Under the pieces are notes generated by a model. That model was not told the DNA's origin and searched no databases. It was given only the letters and a program-made list of their open reading frames with translations. A program made the position numbers and the translations under genes. A DNA stretch of 64,000 nt from Betaproteobacteria bacterium (GTDB taxonomy: Bacteria > Pseudomonadota > Gammaproteobacteria > Burkholderiales > SG8-41): the NCBI GenBank assembly GCA_028291945.1, contig JAQGNH010000247.1, positions 392 to 64,391 of the forward strand. Reading direction: 5' to 3'. Below, one piece after another: positions 48,597 to 59,309 of the stretch; position 1 is the stretch's first letter, and the number at the start of each line of letters is the position of its first letter.

Positions 48597-49115
48597 ATGC
48601 TCATGCGGCGTCGGCTCTACTTCGTTCTGCCTGATATCCAATGTGCGCGCGCCATGCTCGATGACATTCTGCTCGCGCGCATCGAGTGTCGGCATATCCA
48701 CTTCTTGTCACGACGCGATACGTTGCCCGCTGATCTGCCCGAGGCCAACGTACTGCAGAAAACCGACATCGTGCACGGAGCACAGGTCGGGATTGCGATA
48801 GGAGGTGTCGTCGGTGCAATCGCCGGCGGCTTGCTCGTCTTTTTTCCACCCGAAGGCGTCACGCTCAAACTCATCACGGTACTCATCGTCGCGATCGGTG
48901 GCGCTTTGTTCGGCGCGTGGGCGTCGAGCATGGTGGCTAGCTCGGTGCCGAATTCACGGCTCAAGGCATTTCAGACTGAAATGGACGCGGGGAAAGTACT
49001 CATGATGGTCGACGTGCCGATGGGTCGCGTGGTGGAAATCGGTGAGCTCGTCGCGCGCCGTCATCCAGAGGCGCTGTCGGGCGGCGTGGAGCCGATGATC
49101 CCGGCTTTCCCATAA
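48597..49115 (+). CDS. DUF1269-like small membrane protein
   Basis: ATG 48597 is preceded by AAGGAGG. MLMRRRLYFVLPD…, Gly-rich TM pair (GIAIGGVVGAIAGGLLVF…IVAIGGALFGAWAS). The upstream part of the track ORF overlaps rnpB. Confidence 0.7.
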   Translation: MLMRRRLYFVLPDIQCARAMLDDILLARIECRHIHFLSRRDTLPADLPEANVLQKTDIVHGAQVGIAIGGVVGAIAGGLLVFFPPEGVTLKLITVLIVAIGGALFGAWASSMVASSVPNSRLKAFQTEMDAGKVLMMVDVPMGRVVEIGELVARRHPEALSGGVEPMIPAFP

Positions 49116-49145
49116 ACAAACTTACGGGATTCCGTAAGTTTGTTT
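49114..49145. terminator. Perfect 14-bp stem / 4-nt loop hairpin at the stop codon of the DUF1269-like gene
   Basis: aaacaaacttacgg-gatt-ccgtaagtttgttt. Confidence 0.6.
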
Positions 49146-49160
49146 ACCGGCCGCCGGGCG

Positions 49161-49264
49161 CGGTGAACGAACAGAGGGAAACGCAGGTTTCCCTCCGTAA
49201 CCTCGCTCCGCGAGGCGGGCCGGTGAACGAACAGAGGGAAACCCAGGTTTCCCTCCGTAACCTC
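49161..49264. repeat. Two copies of a 44-bp hairpin-containing (REP-like) unit, 60-bp period
   Basis: cggtgaacgaacagagggaaac[g/c]caggtttccctccgtaacctc at 49161-49204 and 49221-49264 (43/44 identical). Each copy has a 9-bp stem, gagggaaac/gtttccctc. Confidence 0.85.
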
Positions 49265-49356
49265 CCATCCTTATAGTGAGTGCCGCACGCCGCCTTTGTC
49301 CGCGGATCGTTACGCCCGAAGCGCCGCGGCAATCGCAGCGCCTAGAGGCGTAGGTT

Positions 49357-49950
49357 TTAACGCCGCGGCCGCTGCAGGTGCTGCACCGCGTAGCGTACTT
49401 CCTCGAGGCGGCGCTCTCGTATGCCGAGCACCTCGAGATGGCGCAGCGTGTTGAACAAATAGTCGGCGTTGGCGCCGCGAGCCCCACTGCAATCGGTTAC
49501 GGTTCGCGCAATCGTCTTGAGCTCAAGTCGGCTTGCATAACTTTCGTGCTCGCGATTCGCCACGAACGTCAGGGCGTTGACTTTCTCGGTGTCGATGTCG
49601 ATTGGCACCAGTCGAGGGCGATACACAAGGGCGCGTCATTTCCCGCGCTTACAGATTTTCGAGGACCCCCTCGACGTGCGCATCTCCGAGGAACGCGATG
49701 CCCTGCCGCATCCGCCGCGATCAAGGCCGAGCACGAGACCCGGGCGCTCGGGCGTTCCGCGATAGCGGTGCGAGTACACGCAGAAAGAGCGATGATAGCC
49801 GCGCAGCATGGCAGGACCGCAGCGCAGATATTCGAAACCGGGGTCCCACATGAGAGAACCGTAAGCGAAGACCCACAAGTCGCCGGCGGGCAAAGGGGGG
49901 CAACAGGGATGCTGTATATCGCGTAACTGCTGATCGAAAGAGCTGTCCAT
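49357..49950 (-). pseudogene. chaC: ChaC-family gamma-glutamylcyclotransferase, disrupted
   Basis: N-terminal ORF (…[15 protein letters not shown]…[30 protein letters not shown]) and C-terminal ORF (…VNALTFVANREHESYA…DYLFNTLRHL) are in the same frame. The ~25 central codons make family sense only in another frame ([26 protein letters not shown]). In-frame TGA at 49636 and TAA at 49649. Confidence 0.7.
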
Positions 49951-49982
49951 GAGTTCGATAACGCGCAGTGCGGTGTCGACGC

Positions 49983-51014
49983 TTACACGAGCCGCCAGGC
50001 AAGCGCCTCCCCGGCTCTGAATGGCACGAGCGTGTCACCCCCGAACGGCAATTCTTCCGGTACGGCGACGTCCGTTCTTTCCAGGGTGATGCGCGCGTCG
50101 TTGTACGGCAAGCCGTAGAAGTCGGCGCCGTAACGGCTGGCGAAGCTCTCGAGGCGCTCCAATGCGCCGGCCTTTTCAAACGCCTCCGCATAAAGCTCGA
50201 TGCCCGCATGTGCCGTATATACGCCGGCGCACCCGCAAGCTGTTTCCTTCGTGTGCTTCGCGTGCGGTGCGCTGTCTGTTCCCAGAAAAAACTTCGGGCT
50301 GCCGCTCACTGCGGCCTCGACGAGCGCCTCACGGTGCATTTCTCGTTTGATCACCGGTAAACAGTAATGATGCGGCCGGATACCACCAGCAAAAAGTGCG
50401 TTGCGATTGAGCAGCAGATGATGCGCCGTGATGGTGGCCGCGATGTTGGCCGAGGCCTGCCGGACGAACTGTGCCGCCTCGCGCGTGGTGATGTGCTCGA
50501 CCACGATCTTAAGCTGTGGGAAACGGAGCGTGAGCGGAGACAGAACACGCTCGAGAAACACCTGCTCGCGATCGAATATGTCCACCGTCGGATCCGTTAC
50601 CTCGCCGTGCACGAGCAACGGCATACCATGCGCGGACATGGCCTCCAATACGGCGTAACAGCCCGCAAGATCGCTGACACCGGAGTCCGAGTTGGTCGTC
50701 GCACCCGCGGGGTAATACTTGACCGCGTGCACGCTGCCGCTTGCTTTTGCCCGCGCGATTTCTTCGAGTCGCGTGTTGTCGGTCAGGTACAGCGTCATCA
50801 GCGGTTCGAATTTTGCGCCCGCGGGCAGCGCTGCCAGGATGCGATCCTTGTAGGCGATGGCGGCTGCTGTGGTCGTAACCGGTGGCCGCAGATTGGGCAT
50901 AACGATCGCGCGCCCAAATCGCCGCGCGGTGTCGCGCAACACCGCCCGCATCTGGTCGCCATCGCGCAGGTGCAGGTGCCAGTCGTCCGGCCGGATCAGC
51001 GTGATCTGTTTCAT
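49983..51014 (-). CDS. pyrC: Dihydroorotase (homodimeric type)
   Basis: [19 protein letters not shown]… from ATG 51014. Confidence 0.93.
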   Translation of the reverse strand: MKQITLIRPDDWHLHLRDGDQMRAVLRDTARRFGRAIVMPNLRPPVTTTAAAIAYKDRILAALPAGAKFEPLMTLYLTDNTRLEEIARAKASGSVHAVKYYPAGATTNSDSGVSDLAGCYAVLEAMSAHGMPLLVHGEVTDPTVDIFDREQVFLERVLSPLTLRFPQLKIVVEHITTREAAQFVRQASANIAATITAHHLLLNRNALFAGGIRPHHYCLPVIKREMHREALVEAAVSGSPKFFLGTDSAPHAKHTKETACGCAGVYTAHAGIELYAEAFEKAGALERLESFASRYGADFYGLPYNDARITLERTDVAVPEELPFGGDTLVPFRAGEALAWRLV

Positions 51015-51129
51015 ATAGCGGAGCCGTAAACGCTCGCAGAACAAGGGGTGCGAAAGGACGTCATAAATAGTAATCGGTATGCGCTCATGAGTGGAGAAAA
51101 CGGCACTGCTATCGGCGTATGGCCTCGGC

Positions 51130-52011
51130 TTATGCGTCGCGCTTCAACTGAAGCGCCCGAGCGTAGAGCTCATTCTTCCGGGCGCCGGTAATGCGCGCCG
51201 CCAAGGCCGCAGCTTGCTTCACGGGCAAGTCCTCGAGCAGTAACGTCAACACGCGCTCAGCGTCAACCCGCTGAGCGTCGTCGCCGCGCGATGCACCTTC
51301 GATGATCAAGACGAACTCGCCTTTCTGGCGATTCGCATCTGCTTTGAGCCACCCCTCCGCCTCGTCGAGGCGGCAGGTGTGTATCGTTTCGAAAAGCTTG
51401 GTCAACTCGCGCGCGATCACGATCTGGCGAGCGCCGCCCAGTCCGACATTCAGGTCGGAGATCGTTTCGAGCACGCGATGAGGCGCTTCGTAAAAGAGCA
51501 GTTGGTATGGAAGCAGCGCGATCTCCTGGATCGTGCTGCGCCTTTCACCGGATTTCGCCGGAAGGAAGCCATAGAACAGAAACTGCGGACCCGCGAGCCC
51601 GCTTGCCGACAGTGCAGCGGCCGCTGCATTCGGCCCGGGAATCGGCACGACCGGGTAACCCGCCTCGCGCACTGCAGCCACCAGCCGCGCACCAGGATCC
51701 GAGAACGCCGGCGTGCCTGCGTCGCTTGCAAGCGCCACGGACCGCCGCGCCGCGAGATGTCCGATCACGTGAGGCGCAGCGCGCTGTTCGTTGTGCTGGT
51801 GGAGCGATACGAGCTTTTTGGATGTTATTCCGTAGTGGTTGAGAAGCTTCGCGGTCACACGCGTATCTTCCGCTGCGATGACATCGACAGCCTTCAACAC
51901 TTCGATCGCGCGGTAAGTAATGTCCTTCAGATTTCCAATGGGTGTGGCCACTACATATAATGCTGCCTTCCCTTTTTGCCCGCTTTCCTCATGTCCCGCC
52001 GCGCACTCCAT
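51130..52011 (-). CDS. rsmI: 16S rRNA (cytidine1402-2'-O)-methyltransferase
   Basis: …[23 protein letters not shown]…, tetrapyrrole-methylase fold. Confidence 0.92.
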   Translation of the reverse strand: MECAAGHEESGQKGKAALYVVATPIGNLKDITYRAIEVLKAVDVIAAEDTRVTAKLLNHYGITSKKLVSLHQHNEQRAAPHVIGHLAARRSVALASDAGTPAFSDPGARLVAAVREAGYPVVPIPGPNAAAAALSASGLAGPQFLFYGFLPAKSGERRSTIQEIALLPYQLLFYEAPHRVLETISDLNVGLGGARQIVIARELTKLFETIHTCRLDEAEGWLKADANRQKGEFVLIIEGASRGDDAQRVDAERVLTLLLEDLPVKQAAALAARITGARKNELYARALQLKRDA

Positions 52012-53087
52012 CTTTGGTCACTGCTGCTGTCGATCACTTGTCTACTATACGGGGGCATACCGGCAGGCGCCAGCGAGTCACTTCCAACCGGCGCGGATCA
52101 GACGAGCGCTGAACCCACCGTTCCGCCGCATATCGCGCTGCTGCTTCCCACGGGTTCGGAAGCTTTTGCAAAACCCGCTGACGCGGTGCGCACGGGCTTC
52201 CTCGATGCGTCCAAAAAGCAGGGCGGTACCGTCTTGCCTATCCGTTTGTATCCGGTCTCCGACGATCCACAAAGCGTCATCACAGCCTATCGGCAGGCGG
52301 TCGCTGCTGGGGCCCGCATGGTTGTCGGTCCTCTCACTCGCAACGGCGTCACAGCGCTTGCCACCCAGGGGGATCCGCTTTCAGTGCCGACACTTGCGCT
52401 CAACGTTCCGGAAGGTGTTAGCGCCTATGGTCCGAATTTTTATACGCTGAGTCTGCAGGTGGAAGCGGAAGCCCGTCAGGCGGCACAGCTCGCGCTGCGG
52501 GAAGGCCGCCGCAACGCGCTGACGATTACCGAGCAGACTCCACTCGGCAGACGCATGCGCGATGCATTCGTAGAAGAATTCCAGAACGGCGGCGGTACGC
52601 ATGTGGGAGATCATGCGTACGAAACTGACAGCGCTGCGCTCGAGCGAATAAGGCAGTCGGCGGCCGCGGCTGAAATCGTCTTTCTAGCGGTCGATGCGCC
52701 GCGCGCACGTATCATCCGGCCCCACGTTTCATCGCTGCAGGCGTATGGCACGTCACAGCTCAATCCCGGGTTCAAGGCAACAGCCGGCCTGATCGACCTG
52801 AATGAAGTCCGCTTCGTCGACATGCCATGGATGCTGCAGCCGGACCATCCGGCCGTGATGACATACCTGCATGACACGCCGCGGGAATCCGAAGATCTGG
52901 AACGGCTGTACGCGTTGGGAATCGACGCCTTCCGGGTCGCGCAGGAACTGCTCGGCGGCAAGCGGGATTTCGAGATCGACGGCGTCACCGGACGTCTGAC
53001 GCTCGGGGCAGAGGGTCAGGTCAAGCGCGGACTGCTGGTGGCGCTAATTGCGGACGGAAAGCTCACCATCGTCGGTGAAACGCGTCC

Positions 53088-53091
<4 letters not shown>
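51991..53091 (+). CDS. Penicillin-binding protein activator LpoA/LppC-like
   Basis: [19 protein letters not shown]…IALLLPTGSEAFAKPADAVRTGF… resembles a type-I PBP fold. Divergent from rsmI as in other proteobacteria. The start overlaps the rsmI 5' end. Confidence 0.75.
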
Positions 53092-54046
<955 letters not shown>

Positions 54047-54616
54047 ATGCGCTATGTCCTGACGTTGGTTATCCTCGCACTGCTCCCCCTCGTGCACGGC
54101 TGTGCGCTAGTAGCCGTAGGCGGAGCTGCCGCCGCGGGCGGATACCTCGTCGGTGAAGACCGGCGGCCCGTCAACATCATGACGGAAGACCAGGCGGTCG
54201 AGCTGCGAGTTGCCAACCGTATCGAAGAGAAGTACCGCGAAGTGCACATCAATGCCACGGCGTATAACAAGCTGCTGCTGCTCACTGGCGAGGCGCCCAC
54301 TGAAGCTGCGAAAAGCGACATGGAAACGATCGCGCGCGGCGTCCCGAACGTGCGCTCTATAGTGAATGAGCTGCAAGTGGGCAACATCACGTCCTTCTCC
54401 GCGCGCGCGAATGACTCGTACATCACCTCGAAAGTAAAAGCACGTTTCCTGGATGCGCGTCAGTTCAATCCAATCCATGTGAAGGTCGTAACTGAAGCGG
54501 GCACCGTCTATTTAATGGGCATCGTAACGCGCAAGGAAGCCGATGACGCCACGGAGATCGCTCGCACGACCAGTGGTGTGCAGAAAGTAGTACGTGTTTT
54601 CGAGTATCAGAACTGA
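54047..54616 (+). CDS. BON-domain outer-membrane lipoprotein (DolP/YraP-like)
   Basis: Lipobox LVHGC, two BON domains. Confidence 0.82.
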   Translation: MRYVLTLVILALLPLVHGCALVAVGGAAAAGGYLVGEDRRPVNIMTEDQAVELRVANRIEEKYREVHINATAYNKLLLLTGEAPTEAAKSDMETIARGVPNVRSIVNELQVGNITSFSARANDSYITSKVKARFLDARQFNPIHVKVVTEAGTVYLMGIVTRKEADDATEIARTTSGVQKVVRVFEYQN

Positions 54617-54622
54617 CTATCC

Positions 54623-55126
54623 GTGACGCGCGACCGCGTTACCCTGGGCGCGCCCGGTTTCGAGCTCAAGATCTGCGCGCCTGCCGAGCTGGGAGCGCAA
54701 GTCAGCGCACTCGCCCGACCGCTCGTCTTTACGAATGGCGTCTTCGACATTCTGCATCGCGGACACGTAACTTATCTGGCGCAGGCGCGCGCGCTCGGTG
54801 CGAGCCTGCTCATCGGTCTCAATACTGACGAATCGGTGCAGCGCCTGGGCAAAGGCGATGATCGTCCACTCAACCCGCTGCCGGATCGTGCGGCGGTGAT
54901 CGCAGCACTCGAAGCTTCGAGCCTCGTGACGTGGTTCGACGAGGACACGCCGCTCGAGCTCATCCTGAAGGTGCGCCCGGACGTGCTCGTAAAGGGCGGC
55001 GACTGGCGCCTGCAAGACATCGTCGGCGCAACGCAAGTCCAGAGCTGGGGCGGCGCGGTTCACTCGATCCCGTTCGTGCATGAGCAGTCGACGACTTCCC
55101 TGCTCGCAAAGATCCGTAAGCGCTAG
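54623..55126 (+). CDS. D-glycero-beta-D-manno-heptose 1-phosphate adenylyltransferase (RfaE domain II)
   Basis: …FTNGVFDILHRGHVTYL… (cytidylyltransferase HxGH motif). Confidence 0.88.
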   Translation: MTRDRVTLGAPGFELKICAPAELGAQVSALARPLVFTNGVFDILHRGHVTYLAQARALGASLLIGLNTDESVQRLGKGDDRPLNPLPDRAAVIAALEASSLVTWFDEDTPLELILKVRPDVLVKGGDWRLQDIVGATQVQSWGGAVHSIPFVHEQSTTSLLAKIRKR

Positions 55127-55153
55127 ACGCTCAGCGCTGAGGCGCTGACGGGC

Positions 55154-55594
55154 TCAGCTTGGGCACGGGCCCGCCTTGATCGACGTCTCCGGAAAGCTGC
55201 GCTGGAGATCCGCGATGCGCGCTACGAGTGCCGGATCCGGCTCCCGGACAAAGTACGCCACGCGTTTCATGCCGCCTGCTTCGCCCACCGTGCGCTGTAG
55301 CGGCGGCTGCTTCATGCCCAGACCCGCCAGCGTGGCATCGACGTTAGGGATGTCCCTCGCCGCGAACGGGCCCCACTCCAGACACGCGGCTTTCGGCGTC
55401 TGCCCGCCAGGACCGCGGCTCGCCGTGCCCATCAGCTTGATTCTTCCCGGATTGATCTGCAGTTCCTGAATGCGCGACGCCGCAGCAGCGCGGCTGTCGG
55501 GGTTGAAGCGTCCGTAGATGAAGAATGCGCAGTTCACGATCAACAGCACCAGAAAGACCAGTCTTAAATTTCCGTTCTTGCGTTCAAACATCAC
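55154..55594 (-). CDS. Hypothetical membrane-anchored protein downstream of coaX
   Basis: N-terminal TM (LRLVFLVLLIVNCAFFIYG). 146 aa. No motif I can name with confidence. Confidence 0.55.
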   Translation of the reverse strand: MMFERKNGNLRLVFLVLLIVNCAFFIYGRFNPDSRAAAASRIQELQINPGRIKLMGTASRGPGGQTPKAACLEWGPFAARDIPNVDATLAGLGMKQPPLQRTVGEAGGMKRVAYFVREPDPALVARIADLQRSFPETSIKAGPCPS

Positions 55595-56312
55595 TCGCCC
55601 CGATGCGCGCTAATCCTTCGAGGACGAGATTATCCACGAGTTGCGGCGTGACCAGCAGCGGCTCGAGCAGCGGCGCATCACCGCCCGAGAGCAGAACGAT
55701 CGCGTCTTCCTGTCCCGTCTCACTCAGATAGCGCAGCATGCGATCGACTGCACCGGACAGCGCGTTGAGCGCTCCGCTGCTAATCCCATTGGCGGTATTG
55801 TCCGGAAAGTAACTGAATTGACCGTCCTGCACCTTGAGGCGTGCCGTGTTGCGCGCGAGCGCGGCGCGCATCAGCGCGTAGCCCGGGACGATGAAACCGC
55901 CGACGAAAATCCCTTGCGCGGTCAACGCGTCGACGGTCATTGTGGTGCCGACGTTCACGACCACACACGCGCGTTCATGCAGATGCCGGGCCCCGATGAG
56001 CGCTGCCCAGCGATCAGGCCCCAGCAGAGCGGGATCGGCGTAACTGCTGCGAACACCGCATTGTTCAGCGCGGCTCACGATCCAGTTCGCGCGCACGCCA
56101 AAGTGGGCCACGGCGTCTTCGATGCGTTGCTCGGCCAGCGCGCCCGCGACGTTCGCTGCAACGATCCGTTCGGGACTGGCAAGCCGCGAAAAAACCTCCT
56201 GCAATTGTTCCACTTCCGCAGTCAGCACCGCGCCGCGCTCGAGCCATTGCCCATGGGCGTGCAAGCCCCATTTGACGCGGCTGTTTCCGGCATCGATCAC
56301 AAGGAGTTTCAT
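55584..56312 (-). CDS. coaX: Type III pantothenate kinase
   Basis: MKLLVIDAGNSRVKWG…, …NVGTTMTVD…. Confidence 0.92.
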   Translation of the reverse strand: MKLLVIDAGNSRVKWGLHAHGQWLERGAVLTAEVEQLQEVFSRLASPERIVAANVAGALAEQRIEDAVAHFGVRANWIVSRAEQCGVRSSYADPALLGPDRWAALIGARHLHERACVVVNVGTTMTVDALTAQGIFVGGFIVPGYALMRAALARNTARLKVQDGQFSYFPDNTANGISSGALNALSGAVDRMLRYLSETGQEDAIVLLSGGDAPLLEPLLVTPQLVDNLVLEGLARIGASDV

Positions 56313-57337
56313 GCGCGGCTCCGCACGCGGCGGGCTTTTTGCGCGCGCGGAGTTTTGGCCGGGTCCGATCCGCGTAAGCTGATTTCCCCACTATGCAGGC
56401 GCCGAACGGCCTCGCCGGTCTGAAAGAGCAGCGCACCGTCGTCGCCCACACCGAGCGCGAGTCCGCGTTCGACGCGGCCAGTCGGAAGCTTCACAGCGAC
56501 GCTCCGCCCCTGATGGACGTGATAGCGTTGCCACTCCTCACGCATCGGAGCAAATCCGTCTTCGGCAAAGCGGTCAAGCACGATTGCCAGTTGGGCAAGC
56601 ACTGTTCCGAGCACTGCGCTTCGATCGAGCGTTCGCCCGCACGCTGCTTCGAGATCGGCGGCTGGCTGATCGATGCGGCTTTTCACTGCGTTCGACAAGC
56701 GTACGTTGACTCCGATTCCAATGACGACCGTGCTCGGGCCCAAGGCGTCGCCCTGCATTTCTATAAGCATTCCGGCGAGCTTCTGACCACGCCACACCAC
56801 ATCATTCGGCCATTTCAGACGCGCTTCATCGGTACCGAGCTTCTTTAGCGCGCGGATGAGCGCGACGCCAGCGGCGAGGCTCAACCCGCCCAGCGCACCG
56901 GCCCCGAGATCGAACCGCCACAGGGCGGAAAACGTCAACGCCCCGCCCACCCCTGCGTGCCACGGTCGGCCCATGCGCCCCCTGCCGTCGCGCTGACACT
57001 CGGCCGCGATCACCGTGCCACTCGGAGCCCCATGTGCAGCACGCTGCATGAGCAGCGTATTGGTCGAATCCACCGCATCGAGGAGCTCGATCGCCCAGCG
57101 TTGTGAGTAGGCCCCGGCGTGAGCCGCGACGGTTGCGTGATCGAGCAACGAGATCGGCTCGGCCAGTCGGTACCCGCGGCCCCTCACTTTGTAGACGCTG
57201 AGGCCGGCAGCATCGATCGCACGTACTGCGTTCCAGACCGTGCCGCGAGAAACGCCGAGCGTGCGCGCAAGCGTTGCGCCCGAGTGGAACTCGCCATCAG
57301 CCAGGCGCCGCAAAACGTCGAAAGAGAGATCCGTCAT
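56309..57337 (-). CDS. birA: Bifunctional biotin--[acetyl-CoA-carboxylase] ligase / repressor BirA
   Basis: Start MTDLSFDVLRRLADGEFHSG (wHTH) at 57337. …GRGRMGRPW… ligase motif. The track ORF has a 57-aa spurious extension. Confidence 0.92.
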   Translation of the reverse strand: MTDLSFDVLRRLADGEFHSGATLARTLGVSRGTVWNAVRAIDAAGLSVYKVRGRGYRLAEPISLLDHATVAAHAGAYSQRWAIELLDAVDSTNTLLMQRAAHGAPSGTVIAAECQRDGRGRMGRPWHAGVGGALTFSALWRFDLGAGALGGLSLAAGVALIRALKKLGTDEARLKWPNDVVWRGQKLAGMLIEMQGDALGPSTVVIGIGVNVRLSNAVKSRIDQPAADLEAACGRTLDRSAVLGTVLAQLAIVLDRFAEDGFAPMREEWQRYHVHQGRSVAVKLPTGRVERGLALGVGDDGALLFQTGEAVRRLHSGEISLRGSDPAKTPRAQKARRVRSRA

Positions 57338-57387
57338 CGGGATATAGAATAGCCGATAGCGCATACGCACAGCACGGAGGACAACCG

Positions 57388-58362
57388 ATGAGCAGGCATG
57401 CCCTGTTCGCGCTCGCTTTGGGCGCAACATTGGCGACGACATCATTCGGAGTCGCCGCGCAGGCGAAGTATCCGTCGAGGCCTCTTCGAGTGATCGTCCC
57501 GTACACACCCGGTGGAATCACCGACGTCGCGACGCGCATGGTCACACAGGAGCTTACGAAGAGCCTGAGGCAGAACGTGATCGTCGACAACCGGCCCGGC
57601 GCCAACAGCATCGTAGGCGTGGAAACGGTAGCGAAAGCAACGCCGGATGGGTATACAGTCGCTTCCGTTATCGCGGCGCATGCCGCCAATCAGACGCTGT
57701 ACGCGAAGCTGCCTTACGACTCGATCAAAAGTTTCGCGCCCGTGTCGCTGCTGGTTACGGCGCCACTCATCGTCTGCGTGACCAATTCGCTGCCCGTCAA
57801 ATCCGCAAAAGAGCTCGTCGAGCTTGCCAGAGCGAAACCCGGCCAGCTCACTTTCGCATCGAGCGGCGTGGGCGCAGCCGCTCATCTCACCACCGAGCTT
57901 CTGATGCTCACGACGGGAATAAAAATGGTTCATGTCCCGTACAAAGGCACGGCACCCGCATTGCTCGACCTCACGGGCGGCCAGGTCTCGGTAATGATGG
58001 ACACGCCTGGATCCATGCTGCCTCACTCCAGGGCCGGCAAGATCAGGGCACTCGCTATGGCATCGGAAAAGCGGGTCGCGGTCGCGCCGGAGCTTCCGAC
58101 ACTCGTCGAGTCCGGCTTACCGGTCGTCGGCGGCACCTGGGTGGGCATACTTGCACCCGCCGGAACGCCAAGAGAAATCGTGAATTTCCTGAGCGCGCAG
58201 ATGCAGGCCGCAGTACGCAAACAGGATCTGCGCGAGCGCTTCCTGCAGCTCGGCATCGACCCGGCGGGGACCAGCGCTGACGAATTCGCTAAATTCCTGA
58301 AGCAAGAAGTCGACAAGTGGGGGAAAGTGATACGGGCGGCGAATGTGAAAGTCGAGGGGTGA
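57388..58362 (+). CDS. Bug-family (TctC-like) periplasmic substrate-binding protein
   Basis: MSRHALFALALGATLATTSFGVAAQAKYPSRPLRVIVPYTPGG. GGAGGA lies 6 nt upstream. Confidence 0.9.
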   Translation: MSRHALFALALGATLATTSFGVAAQAKYPSRPLRVIVPYTPGGITDVATRMVTQELTKSLRQNVIVDNRPGANSIVGVETVAKATPDGYTVASVIAAHAANQTLYAKLPYDSIKSFAPVSLLVTAPLIVCVTNSLPVKSAKELVELARAKPGQLTFASSGVGAAAHLTTELLMLTTGIKMVHVPYKGTAPALLDLTGGQVSVMMDTPGSMLPHSRAGKIRALAMASEKRVAVAPELPTLVESGLPVVGGTWVGILAPAGTPREIVNFLSAQMQAAVRKQDLRERFLQLGIDPAGTSADEFAKFLKQEVDKWGKVIRAANVKVEG

Positions 58363-58491
58363 ACTTCTCGTATGCGGTAAGCCGAAAGCCAAGTCTTCTG
58401 AAAACCTCATCCATCTGCGCGTTCGGGCCCTAAGCATGTATGTGCGCTCCACGGGTCCAATCCTCATAGCAACCGATGCAACGATCAATAT

Positions 58492-59232
58492 GTGCAGTCA
58501 CAGCGGCTTACATTGAAAAGACAAATTATCGCGATCGGCGGCATGGCGCTGCCGCCGGAGCTCGACAACCTGTTGCTGGTCAAGTATTTCCTCGAGCAGA
58601 CACAGCGCCGCAAGCCGAAAGTGGCGTTTATCGGCACTGCAGGCGGCGATGCCGAGACCGCGCGGCTGCGCTTCTACGCGGGCTTCAGCCAGTTCGAGTG
58701 CAAGCCGACCCATCTGCCATTCTTCGCCCGTACGCCGCACGACCTGGAGTCGTTCGTGCTGGAGCAGGACGCGATCTTCGTGGGCGGCGGCAATACTCGG
58801 AGCATGCTCGCGGTCTGGCGCGATTGGGGCCTTGACGGCTACTTACGCACAGCATGGGAGAAAGGCGTCGTACTGGGCGGTGGCAGCGCAGGGTCCATCT
58901 GCTGGTTCGAGCATGGCGTAACAGATTCGATCGCCGGCCCGCTGACAGCGCTGCCTTGCCTCGGGTTTCTTGCAGGCAGCAACTGCCCGCATTACGACAG
59001 CGAACCGATGCGTCGGCCAACCTTTCGAAGACTGGTCGCAAGCGGCCGCATACCCGATGGCATAGCGGCGGACGATGGCGTCGCGTTGCACTACATCGAC
59101 AATCGCCTGGCGCATGCGGTGTCGAGCCGCCCACGCGCGAAAGCCTATCGCATTGCGCGCTCCGGCAGGCGCGCGGTCGAGCGCGCGCTTCCGACACGTT
59201 ATCTCGCCCATGGATTGAAACCGGCAAAGTAA
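58492..59232 (+). CDS. Peptidase S51 (dipeptidase E-like) family protein
   Basis: …VAFIGTAGGD…IFVGGGNTRSML…LGGGSAGSICWFE… (Ser nucleophile context). Confidence 0.75.
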   Translation: MQSQRLTLKRQIIAIGGMALPPELDNLLLVKYFLEQTQRRKPKVAFIGTAGGDAETARLRFYAGFSQFECKPTHLPFFARTPHDLESFVLEQDAIFVGGGNTRSMLAVWRDWGLDGYLRTAWEKGVVLGGGSAGSICWFEHGVTDSIAGPLTALPCLGFLAGSNCPHYDSEPMRRPTFRRLVASGRIPDGIAADDGVALHYIDNRLAHAVSSRPRAKAYRIARSGRRAVERALPTRYLAHGLKPAK

Positions 59233-59309
59233 CGCCTGCGTGTAACGTAACTCAGATCTCGTGCGATGCCAGCGACAAGGCAGCGTAATGTGAGCGCCAA
59301 TCCGATCGG

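Noticed and set aside
49161-49264. Possible CRISPR array
   Set aside because: There are only two repeat units and a single 16-nt linker. The repeat is internally hairpin-forming like a REP, and no cas genes are present. It is not a CRISPR array.
55126-55153. Palindromic sequence between convergent rfaE2 and the membrane-protein gene as a terminator
   Set aside because: Short stems are present (ctcagcgctgag, and cagcgc-tgag-gcgctg), but there is no U-tract on either strand. Evidence is too weak to call a terminator.
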